Assembly (NCBI RefSeq): GCF_036971445.1
Contig: NC_091472.1
Location: forward strand, 306,776,001-306,840,000
Reading direction: 5' to 3'
Length of the DNA: 64,000 bases
DNA from: Narcine bancroftii
Taxonomy: Eukaryota
Part shown: positions 38,501 through 49,100 of the stretch, piece by piece
How the letters are laid out: each line of letters opens with the position of its first letter
Numbering within the stretch: the first letter of the stretch is position 1
Program-made: the position numbers and the translations under genes
Notes under the pieces: model-generated
What the model saw: only the letters and a program-made list of their open reading frames with translations
Told to the model about the DNA's origin: nothing
Database searches by the model: none

Positions 38501-41500
38501 GTCAATGAAGAAATAGCGGAGGCTCTGACAGTGATTTTTCAAGTCACTAGAGGGGAGCATGGTGCTCCAGGTGTAGGCTCAGCAATTATAGGCCAATAAG
38601 TTTGATGTCAGTGTTCAGTAAACTAATGGAAAGTATTCTTAGAGATAATATGTATAAGTATGAAGAGGGGCAGAGACTGATCAGGGACACCCAACATGGG
38701 TTTGTGCAGGGAAGGTTATGTTTGACAAATCTTGTTGAATTTTTTGAGGTTGTGACTAGAAAGGTTGATGTGGGTAGAGCAGCAGATGTAATCTATATGG
38801 ATTTCAGTAAGGCCTTCGATAAGGTTTCACATGGAAGGTTGGTAAGGTTCAAGTGCTAGGTATTAATGTTGAGCTAGTCAGATGGGTTCAACAGTGGCTC
38901 GAAGGTAGATGCCAGAAAGTCATGGTGGGTAACTGTCTGCCAGGATGGAGACCAGTGACAAGCAGTGTGCCTCAGGGATCCATTTTGGCTCTCTTGTTGT
39001 TTGTCATTTGCATCATCTGGGATGATGGAATAGTAAATTGGGTTAGTAAGTATGCAGACGATACAAAAATAGGGGGAGTTGTGGATAGTGAAGTTGGTTT
39101 TCAGGGACTTCAGAAAGATTTGGATGGCTTAGAAGAGTGGGCTGAAAGGTGGCCGATAAAGTTTAATGTAGATAAGTGTAAAGTACTTTATTTTGGAAAG
39201 AATAATCAAAATAGGACATGTGCAGTGAAGGGGAGGGCATTGAGGAATGCAGAGGAACAGAGAGATCTTGGAATAATGGTTCATCGTTCTTTGAAAGTGG
39301 ATTCTCATGATAGAATATAGGAGTTGGAAAGTGACGTTGAGTGTTCAAGGCGATGGTGAGGCCAAATTTAGAATACTGCATGCAGTTCTGGTCTCCAAAT
39401 TATAGGAAGGATATCAATAAGGCAGAGATTTATTTAAATGTTGCCTGGATTGCAGTATCTAGAATACAAAGAAAGATTGATTAGATTGGGTCTTTATTCA
39501 TTGGAGAGCAGAAGGTTGAGGGGGGATTTAAAATTATGAGGGGGAATATATAAAGTAATGTGAATAGACTCTTCTCCTTGAGGGTAGGTGAGATTGGAAT
39601 GAGGGGTCATAAGTTAAGGGTTAGGGGGCAAAAGTTTAGAAGTAACATGAGAGGGAGCTTTTTAACTCAAGAGTGGTATTACCTACTGGAAGAGGTGGTT
39701 GCAGCAAGGTCAATTTTGTCATTTAAGAAAAGGTTGGATAAGTGCATGGATGTGAGGGGGTTGGAGGGTTATGGACAGGGAGCAGGTATATTCCACAAAT
39801 TACCATAAATTTCATGACATCATGAGCAAGTGCCATTGGGACTTTAAGTAGCTACGTAAAAAGCTGTATGCTTTAGGAACATACATATATAGGAACATAA
39901 AACAGGAGTAGGCCAAAAATGGCCCATCGAGCCTGCTCCGCCATTCAATTAGATCATGGCTGATCTAATTTATGACCTAACTCCACCTACCTGCCTTCTC
40001 CCCATATCCCCTAATTCCTCTATCATGTAAAAATTTATCTAATTGAATTTTAAATATGTTTAATGAGGTAGCCTCAACCACTTCTCTGGTTAGAGAATTC
40101 CAAACATTCACTACTCTCTTGGAAAAACTATTTTTCCTCATCTCTGTCCTAAATCTACTCCCCCGAATCTTGAGACTGTGTCCTCTCGTTTTAGTTTCCC
40201 CGGCCAGTTCAAAAAACCTTCCTACATCTATCCTATCCATACCCTTCATAATCCTATATGTTTCTATAAGATCTCCTCTCATTCTTCTGAACTCGAGCGA
40301 ATAGAATCCTAGACGATTTAATCTTTCATCATAATCTTTCATTCATTTAGTGACTGACCTCCACAATCAGACCAATGTTCCTATTAAAATATAAAATTTA
40401 AAAAATGGATATATTAATATGGTTTTAATTCAGTAGACAGGATCCTCTCAGAAAGTTTATTTGGCAAGGTAGATTTTGCCTACAACTATCCACTTTATTG
40501 GAACACTCCATTGGAGTAGATGGTCAGTACATAATCTATTCAAAGCCGAATTTATAACACCATCCCAATCCCCATTGAATTTTTTTCCTGAAATTACTCG
40601 TAAACACCACAATGTTCTTTAATAAGCCAAATACAGCATTTTTAATAAAACCCAATTAGAAATTTCATGGCTTGGGATTTCAATGTTCTATTAAATTTAT
40701 GAACGTGCAAAAAAAAGTCCATTACTGGACGAACAGGCTTGATACCTTCAATGGCAATAGAGTTGGTGAAGGAAAGAGACATGGAAAGCTAACACCATGA
40801 AGAGGAGCAAGGTTAAATATAAAAAAGTCTGCCTAATTTGGCTCGGAAAATTGCCACGAAGAATGAACATGGATTGGAGAATCTCATTTTTAGAGAGCGA
40901 GGATGTGGGAGACTGGCTGAGAGCACATGGAACAAAGGCATGGATGAAGTTATCAACAAGTGTCTGCAATGTCTTCCTCAAGTTTCTCCCCATATCGCCT
41001 TGTTTTTTGATTTCTATTAGCAGGTGGTGTGGAACTAGTGGCTAAGGAACCAAGCTTGTAACAGTGAATGAAGGCAATCGTTCACATTTTCCTCAATATT
41101 TAGTCAAAAATTCCTATCCATCAAATTTTGGAAATTAAAAAAAAAATTCCAACATTTTAAACAAAGCTGAAGAGGTGGTAAGCAAGTGAAGCAATGCCCT
41201 TTGGCATTCATACACAGGTGACAGGTTTTCGATTGACGTGCTAGGTACCAAGATGAGACAGCAACAGCAGAAATAGACGAATCATGGTGATTCTCTTGAT
41301 GTAACCGGACAGATAATGAAGCAAGAGAGAAAATCCTATCCTATTCAAATGGTGAAGATGTGTCGGAAGCAGGAGGGAATGAATTACTTTATTTACATCA
41401 CGTAGAAAATGATGCTATGAGGGACTTTTCAGACTTAAAACAAAAACTCATGACTTCAAGACTGGGGTCGTGGGAAAATAATTATGGAAAAATTCAAAAA

Positions 41501-42515
41501 AGTTGGCACAATTTAAGGTGGGGTAGGTAAAGCATGTGGCTGGAAGGCGAGTATATGGAAGATAAGCTGTTGCCCCTGCAACTTGCAGGGTGGTCAGCAC
41601 ATAGAGCCATGGAGTGGGACTCCGGGGGCGGGCGGGACCCCGCCGGATAGAAGGGGGCGGGACCCCTCCGGATAGAAGGGGGCGGGACCCCTCCGGATAG
41701 AAGGGGGCGGGACCCCTCCGGATAGAAGGGGGCGGGACCCCTGCGGATAGAAGGGGGCGGGACCCCTCCGGATTGAAGGGGGCGGGACCCCTCCGGATTG
41801 AAGGGGGGGGGCGAGACCCCTCCCGATTGAAAGGGGGCGGGACTCCGGATTGAAGGGGGCGGGACTCCGGATTGAAAGGGGGCGGACTCCGGATTGAAAG
41901 GGGGCGGGACTCCGGATTGAAAGGGGGCGGGACTCCGGATTGAAAGGGGGCGGGACTCCGGATTGAAAGGGGGCGGGACTCCGGATTGAAAGGGGGCGGG
42001 ACTCCGGATTGAAAGGGGGCGGGACTCCGGATTGAAAGGGGCGGGACTCCGGATTGAAAGGGGGCGGGACTCCGGATTGAAAGGGGGCGGACGTCGGATT
42101 GAAAGGGGGCGGGACTCCGGATTGAAAGGGGGCGGGACTCCGGATTGAAAGGGGGCGGGACTTCCGGATTGAAAGGGGGCGGGACTCCGGATTGAAAGGG
42201 GGCGGGACTCCGGATTGAAAGGGGGGCGGGACTCCGGATTGAAGGGGGCGGGACGCCGGATTGAAAGGGAGTGGAAGCCCCCGTCTGCCACTGGTCTCAA
42301 GGGGGGGGGGGGGGCGTGTTACCTGCAATAGACCTTGAGCCGTCCTGGGCGAGGAAAGTATCGTAATGGGCATTGAGCGCGTCCCCTCGCCTGCTCTTCC
42401 GCGCACAGTCCGCGGGCCTGTACAACACCTGTATTTTCACTTCCTCCTCGTTCGCCGCGCCGATGTGAACCAGGGCAGCCAGACAACACAGGGCGAAAGC
42501 GCCAGGACCCTTCAT
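29425..42515 (-). CDS. FKBP7: peptidyl-prolyl cis-trans isomerase FKBP7 (ER-luminal, EF-hands, HDEL); join complement 42515-42323,35775-35624,32442-32315,29586-29425; 1-bp frameshift near 42332
   Basis: Signal peptide, [61 protein letters not shown], two EF-hand loops, C-terminal HDEL; synteny. Confidence 0.92.
31533..31705 (-). mobile_element. RTE LINE 3' fragment
   Basis: Reverse complement of ~940-1110, nearly identical. Confidence 0.85.
32315..32442 (-). CDS. FKBP7: FKBP7 exon 3
   Basis: CAG| [43 protein letters not shown] |GTATGT; 128 nt. Confidence 0.95.
32474..32742 (+). mobile_element. internally deleted solo LTR (family of 8962-9975)
   Basis: TGTGAC...TAACA; both ends match the reverse complement of the ends of 8962-9975; flanks ATACC/ATACT. 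Confidence 0.7.
33395..34134. mobile_element. Tigger/pogo-like non-autonomous element
   Basis: Degenerate TIRs (AGTAAAACTCTTGATT / AATCGGAGTTCTACTG-TA). Confidence 0.5.
34190..34925 (+). mobile_element. Rex1-like LINE 3' remnant
   Basis: [28 protein letters not shown]; AATAAA followed by short-repeat tail. Confidence 0.65.
35624..35775 (-). CDS. FKBP7: FKBP7 exon 2
   Basis: TAG| [50 protein letters not shown] |GTAATA; 152 nt. Confidence 0.95.
36150..39790 (+). mobile_element. near full-length decayed CR1 LINE (ORF1 GDSL/SGNH esterase, ORF2 APE endonuclease + RT)
   Basis: [49 protein letters not shown]; multiple stops. Confidence 0.92.
39880..40342 (-). mobile_element. CR1 LINE 3' end
   Basis: [23 protein letters not shown]...RGHSLK; tail-to-tail with the CR1 at 36150-39790. 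Confidence 0.85.
41614..42270. repeat. GC-box minisatellite, ~28 units of 23-25 bp, FKBP7 intron 1
   Basis: AAGGGGGCGGGACCCCTCCGGATAG (25 bp) grading into AAAGGGGGCGGGACTCCGGATTG (23 bp); unit count estimated from length. Confidence 0.97.
42323..42515 (-). CDS. FKBP7: FKBP7 exon 1 (193 nt; one base short of the phase needed by exon 2)
   Basis: [31 protein letters not shown]...QDGSR, then TC TAT TGC AG|GTAACA. Confidence 0.9.
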
Positions 42516-42940
42516 GCTCGACTCCCTCCCCTTGCCACGTCTTCCGTGGTTCCACGTGATCGCTTCGTCGCCCTGGACGACGGTGGCCGACACCGTCCTT
42601 TCCATTGGTGGCCACGCCTGTCCGTCCACCTGCCGCCGCCCAATGGACGGTTGCCGTCGCCTGGAACCCCGCCCAACCGCCGCCTTGACGACGCGAAACC
42701 TCGCGAGAGAAACGGCGGCCAGTCACGTGCGGACGGACCGTCTCTGTCCAACGTCGAAGGGAGGGGGGGCGGCCACCCAGACGCCATGCAGTTGAGCGGG
42801 AGGTTGGCGGACGAGGTCTCGGGCCACCCGACGCTGGCCCGGCAATGAGAGCGGGGTCACAGGTCAGCGAGGACCCGTGGGTGTCTACCGTAATCCCGGC
42901 GAACTGATGGAGGGCTGAGGCCGGACCGCACGATGTGAAG
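42516..42940. promoter_or_regulatory. CpG-island bidirectional promoter/5'UTRs shared by FKBP7 and PLEKHA3
   Basis: Divergent ATGs 426 bp apart; dense CpG; CCAAT on both strands, CACGTG boxes, GGGTCAcAGGTCA. Confidence 0.85.
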
Positions 42941-42980
42941 ATGGAGGGAATACTTTACAAGTGGACCAATTACCTGACGG
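42941..42980 (+). CDS. PLEKHA3: PLEKHA3 exon 1
   Basis: [14 protein letters not shown]|GTGAGC; 40 nt. Confidence 0.95.
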
Positions 42981-43144
42981 GTGAGCGAGGCCCGACGCCG
43001 CCCCGGTCCCTACCCGCCAACAACGGCCGGGAGGCGCGCTCCACGGCTGGGCCTTCAACGGCGCCCCCCCCCCCCCCCCCACCTCAGGGCGAATGGGTTC
43101 GGTTCAGGTTCGGCCTCTTTAGGAGGAACCTGCTCTTACCTTCA

Positions 43145-43175
<31 letters not shown>

Positions 43176-46100
43176 CCTCAGGGGGAATGGGTTGGGTTCA
43201 GGTTCGGCCCCTTTAGGAGGAACCTGCTCTTACTTCCCCCCCCCCCCCCCCCCCCCCCCCAACCTCAGGGGGAATGGGTAGGGTTCAGGTTCGGCCTCTT
43301 TAGGAGGAACCTGCTCTTACCTCCCCCCCCAACCTCAGGGTGAATGGGTAGGGTTCAGGTTCGGCCCCTTTAGAAGGAACCTGCTCTTACCTTCCCCCCC
43401 CCCCCCCCCCCCCCACCAACCTCAGGGTGAATGGGTTGGGTTCAGCCTCTTTAGAAGGAACCTGCTCTTACCTTCCCCCCCCCCCAACCTCAGGGGGAAT
43501 GGGTAGGGTTCAGGTTCGGCCTCTTTAGAAGGAACCTGCTCTTACCTTCCCCCCCCCCCCAACCTCAGGGGGAATGGGTAGGGTTCAGGTTCGGCCTCTT
43601 TAGGAGGAACCTGCTCTTACCTCCCCCCCCAACCTCAGGGCGAATGGGTAGGGTTCAGGTTCGGCCCCTTTAGAAGGAACCTGCTCTTACCTTCCCCCCC
43701 CCCCCACCCCCCCCAACCTCAGGGTGAATGGGTTGGGTTCAGCCTCTTTAGAAGGAACCTGCTCTTACCTTCCCCCCCCCCCACCCCCCCCAACCTCAGG
43801 GTGAATGGGTTGGGTTCAGCCTCTTTAGAAGGAACCTGCTCTTACCTTCACCCCCCCCCCCCCCCCCCCCCCCCAACCTCAGGGGGAATGGGTTGGGTTC
43901 AGGTTCGGCCCCTTTAGGAGGAACCTGCTCTTACTTCCCCCCCCCCCCCCCCCCCCCCCCCAACCTCAGGGGGAATGGGTAGGGTTCAGGTTCGGCCCCT
44001 TTAGAAGGAACCTGCTCTTACCTTCCCCCCCCCCCCCCCCCCCCCACCAACCTCAGGGTGAATGGGTTGGGTTCAGCCTCTTTAGAAGGAACCTGCTCTT
44101 ACCTTCCCCCCCCCCAACCTCAGGGGAATGGGTAGGGTTCAGGTTCGGCCTCTTTAGAAGGAACCTGCTCTTACCTTCCCCCCCCCCCAACCTCAGGGGG
44201 AATGGTAGGGTTCAGGTTCGGCCTCTTTAGGAGGAACCTGCTCTTACCTCCCCCCCCAACCTCAGGGCGAATGGGTAGGGTTCAGGTTCGGCCCCTTTAG
44301 AAGGAACCTGCTCTTACCTTCCCCCCCCCCCCACCCCCCCCAACCTCAGGGTGAATGGGTTGGGTTCAGCCTCTTTAGAAGGAACCTGCTCTTACCTTCC
44401 CCCCCCCCCACCCCCCCCAACCTCAGGGTGAATGGGTTCGGTTCAGGTTCGGCCTCTTTAGGAGGAACCTGCTCTTACCTTCCCCCCCCCCCCCCACCCC
44501 CCCAACCTCAGGGCGAATGGGTAGGGTTCAGGTTCGGCCCCTTTAGGAGGAACCTGCTCTTACCTTCCCCCCCCCCCACCCCCCCCAACCTCAGGGGGAA
44601 TGGGTAGGGTTCAGGTTCGGCCTCTTTAGGAGGAACCTGCTCTTACCTTCCCCCCCCCCACCCCCCCCCAACCTCAGGGCGAATGGGTTGGGTTCAGGTT
44701 CGGCCTCTTTAGAAGGAACCTGCTCTTACCTTCCCCCCCCCCCAACCTCAGGGGAATGGGTAGGGTTCAGGTTCGGCCTCTTTAGGAGGAACCTGCTCTT
44801 ACCTCCCCCCCCAACCTCAGGGCGAATGGGTAGGGTTCAGGTTCGGCCCCTTTAGAAGGAACCTGCTCTTACCTTCCCCCCCCCCCCCCCCCCCAACCTC
44901 AGGGTGAATGGGTTGGGTTCAGCCTCTTTAGGAGGAACCTGCTCTTACCTTCCCCCCCCCCCCCCCCACCCCCCCCAACCTCAGGGGAATGGGTAGGGTT
45001 CAGGTTCGGCCTCTTTAGAAGGAACCTGCTCTTACCTTCCCCCCCCCCAACCTCAGGGGGAATGGGTAGGGTTCAGGTTCGGCCTCTTTAGGAGGAACCT
45101 GCTCTTACCTTCCCCCCCCCCCCCCCCCCTCAACCTCAGGGGGAATGGGTTCGGTTCAGGTTCGGCCTCTTTAGAAGGAACCTGCTCTTACCTTCCCCCC
45201 CCCCCAACCTCAGGGGGAATGGGTAGGGTTCAGGTTCGGCCTCTTTAGGAGGAACCTGCTCTTACCTCCCCCCCCCAACCTCAGGGTGAATGGGTTGGGT
45301 TCAGGTTCGGCCCCCTTTAGAAGGAACCTGCTCTTACCTTCCCCCCCCCCCCCCCCCCCAACCTCAGGGTGAATGGGTTGGGTTCAGCCTCTTTAGAAGG
45401 AACCTGCTCTTACCTTCCCCCCCCCAACCTCAGGGGGAATGGGTAGGGTTCAGGTTCGGCCTCTTTAGGAGGAACCTGCTCTTACCTCCCCCCCCAACCT
45501 CAGGGCGAATGGGTAGGGTTCAGGTTCGGCCCCTTTAGAAGGAACCTGCTCTTACCTTCCCCCCCCCCCCACCCCTCCAACCTCAGGGTGAATGGGTTGG
45601 GTTCAGCCTCTTTAGAAGGAACCTGCTCTTACCTTCCCCCCCCCCCACCCCCCCCAACCTCAGGGTGAATGGGTTCGGTTCAGGTTCGGCCTCTTTAGGA
45701 GGAACCTGCTCTTACTTCCCCCCCCCCCCCCCACCCCCCCCACCTCAGGGCGAATGGGTAGGGTTTCAGGTTCGGCCCCTTTAGGAGGAACCTGCTCTTA
45801 CCTTCCCCCCCCCCCACCCCCCCCAACCTCAGGGGGAATGGGTAGGGTTCAGGTTCGGCCTCTTTAGGAGGAACCTGCTCTTACCTTCCCCCCCCCCACC
45901 CCCCCCCCAACCTCAGGGCGAATGGGTTGGGTTCAGGTTCGGCCTCTTTAGAAGGAACCTGCTCTTACCTTCCCCCCCCCCAACCTCAGGGGGAATGGGT
46001 AGGGTTCAGGTTCGGCCTCTTTAGGAGGAACCTGCTCTTACCTCCCCCCCCAACCTCAGGGCGAATGGGTAGGGTTCAGGTTCGGCCCCTTTAGGAGGAA

Positions 46101-49100
46101 CCTGCTCTTACCTCCCCCCCCAACCTCAGGGCGAATGGGTAGGGTTCAGGTTCGGCCCCTTTAGAAGGAATCTGCTCTTACCTTCCCCCCCCCCCCCCCC
46201 CCAACCTCAGGGTGAATGGGTTGGGTTCAGCCTCTTTAGAAGGAACCTGCTCTTACCTTCCCCCCCCCCAACCTCAGGGGAATGGGTAGGGTTCAGGTTC
46301 GGCTCTTTAGGAGGAACCTGCTCTTACCTTCCCCCCCACCCCAACCTCAGGGGGAATGGGTAGGGTTCAGGTTCGGCCTCTTTAGGAGGAACCTGCTCTT
46401 ACCTCCCCCCCCAACCTCAGGGCGAATGGGTAGGGTTCAGGTTCGGCCCCTTTAGAAGGAATCTGCTCTTACCTTCCCCCCCCCCCCCCCAACCTCAGGG
46501 TGAATGGGTTGGGTTCAGCCTCTTTAGAAGGAACCTGCTCTTACCTTCCCCCCCCCCACCCCCCCCAACCTCAGGGTGAATGGGTTCGGTTCAGGTTCGG
46601 CCTCTTTAGGAGGAACCTGCTCTTACCTTCCCCCCCCCCCCCACCCCCCCCAACCTCAGGGCGAATGGGTAGGGTTCAGGTTCGGCCCCTTTAGGAGGAA
46701 CCTGCTCTTACCTTCCCCCCCCCCCACCCCCCCCAACCTCAGGGGGAATGGGTAGGGTTCAGGTTCGGCCTCTTTAGGAGGAACCTGCTCTTACCTTCCC
46801 CCCCCCCATCCCCCCCAACCTCAGGGCGAATGGGTTGGGTTCAGGTTCGGCCTCTTTAGAAGGAACCTGCTCTTACCTCCCCCCCCAACCTCAGGGCGAA
46901 TGGGTAGGGTTCAGGTTCGGCCCCTTTAGGAGGAACCTGCTCTTACCTTCCCCCCCCCACCCCCCCCAACCTCAGGGGGAATGGGTAGGGTTCAGGTTCG
47001 GCCCCTTTAGGAGGAACCTGCTCTTACCTTCCCCCCCCCCCCCACCCCCCCCAACCTCAGGGTGAATGGGTTGGGTTCAGCCTCTTTAGAAGGAACCTGC
47101 TCTTACCTTCCCCCCCCCACCCCCCCCAACCTCAGGGTGAATGGGTTCGGTTCAGGTTCGGCCTCTTTAGGAGGAACCTGCTCTTACCTTCCCCCCCCCC
47201 CACCCCCCCCAACCTCAGGGCGAATGTGTAGGGTTCAGGTTCGGCCCTTTAGGAGGAACCTGCTCTTACCTTCCCCCCCCCCCCACCCCCCCAACCTCAG
47301 GGGAATGGGTAGGGTTCAGGTTCGGCCTCTTTAGGAGGAACCTGCTCTTACCTTCCCCCCCCCCACCCCCCCCCAACCTCAGGGCGAATGGGTTGGGTTC
47401 AGGTTCGGCCTCTTTAGAAGGAACCTGCTCTTACCTCCCCCCCAACCTCAGGGCGAATGGGTAGGGTTCAGGTTCGGCCCCTTTAGGAGGAACCTGCTCT
47501 TACCTTCCCCCCCCCCCCACCCCCCCCAACCTCAGGGGGAATGGGTAGGGTTCAGGTTCGGCCCCTTTAGGAGGAACCTGCTCTTACCTTCCCCCCCCCC
47601 ACCCCCCCAACCTCAGGGTGAATGGGTTGGGTTCAGGTTCGGCCTCTTTAGAAGGAACCTGCTCTTACCTTCCCCCCCCCCCACCCCCCCCCAACCTCAG
47701 GGTGAATGGGTTCGGTTCAGGTTCGGCCCCTTTAGGAGGAACCTGCTCTTACCTTCCCCCCCCCCCACCCCCCCAACCTCAGGGGGAATGGTTAGGGTTC
47801 AGGTTCGGCCTCTTTAGAAGGAACCTGCTCTTACCTTCCCCCCCCCCCACCCCCCCAACCTCAGGGTGAATGGGTAGGGTTCAGGTTCGGCCTCTTTAGA
47901 AGGAACCTGCTCTTACCTCCCCCCCCAACCTCAGGGCGAATGGGTAGGGTTCAGGTTCGGCCCCTTTAGGAGGAACCTGCTCTTACCTTCCCCCCCCCCC
48001 CCACCCCCCCAACCTCAGGGGGAATGGGTAGGGTTCAGGTTCGGCCCCTTTAGGAGGAACCTGCTCTTACCTTCCCCCCCCCCCCACCCCCCCCAACCTC
48101 AGGGTGAATGGGTTGGGTTCAGGTTCGGCCTCTTTAGAAGGAACCTGCTCTTACCTTCCCCCCCCCCACCCCCCCCAACCTCAGGGTGAATGGGTTCGGT
48201 TCAGGTTCGGCCTCTTTAGGAGGAACCTGCTCTTACCTTCCCCCCCCCCCCACCCCCCCCAACCTCAGGGGAATGGTTAGGGTTCAGGTTCGGCCTCTTT
48301 AGAAGGAACCTGCTCTTACCTTCCCCCCACCCCCCCCCAACCTCAGGGTGAATGGGTTGGGTTCAGGTTCGGCCCCTTTAGGAGGAACCTGCTCTTACCT
48401 TCCCCCCCCCCCACCCCCCCCCCAACCTCAGGGCGAATGGGTAGGGTTCAGGTTCGGCCTCTTTAGGAGGAACCTGCTCTTACCTTCCCCCCCCCCCCCA
48501 CCCCCCCCCAACCTCAGGGCGAATGGGTAGGGTTCAGGTTCGGCCCCTTTAGGAGGAACCTGATCTTACCTTCCCCCCCCACCACCCCCCCCAACCTCAG
48601 GGCGAATGGGTAGGGTTCAGGTTCGGCCCCTTTAGGAGGAACCTGCTCTTACCTTCCCCCCCCCACCAACCCCACCCCAGGGCGAATGGGCAGGGTTCAG
48701 GTTCGGCCCCTTTAGGAGGAACCTGCTCTTACCTTCCCCCCACCACCAACCCCACCCCAGGGCGAATGGGCAGGTTTCAGGTTCGGCCTCTTTAGAAGGA
48801 ACCTGCTCTTACCTCCCCCCCCCCCCAACCCCAGGGTGAATGGGTAGGGTTCAGGTTCGGCCCCTTTAGGAGGAACCTGCTCTTACTTCCCCCCCCCCCA
48901 CCCCCCCCAACCTCAGGGGGAATGGGCAGGGTTCAGGTTCGGCCTCTTTAGAAGGAACCTGCTCTTACCTTCCCCCCCCCCCACCCACCCCAACCTCAGG
49001 GTGAATGGGTTGGGTTCAGGTTCGGCCTCTTTAGAAGGAACCTGCTCTTACCTTCCCCCCCCCCCACCCCCCCCCAACCTCAGGGTGAATGGGTTCGGTT

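Noticed and set aside
41494-42406. 268- and 270-aa Pro/Ser-rich ORFs on the minus strand
   Set aside because: Translations of the 23-25-bp minisatellite in FKBP7 intron 1; no independent coding evidence
42319-42726. Alternative FKBP7 N-terminus in the frame ending ...KVYC, which would splice in frame to exon 2
   Set aside because: GTG start with no ATG, no signal peptide and no FKBP homology before YC; better explained by the 1-bp deletion
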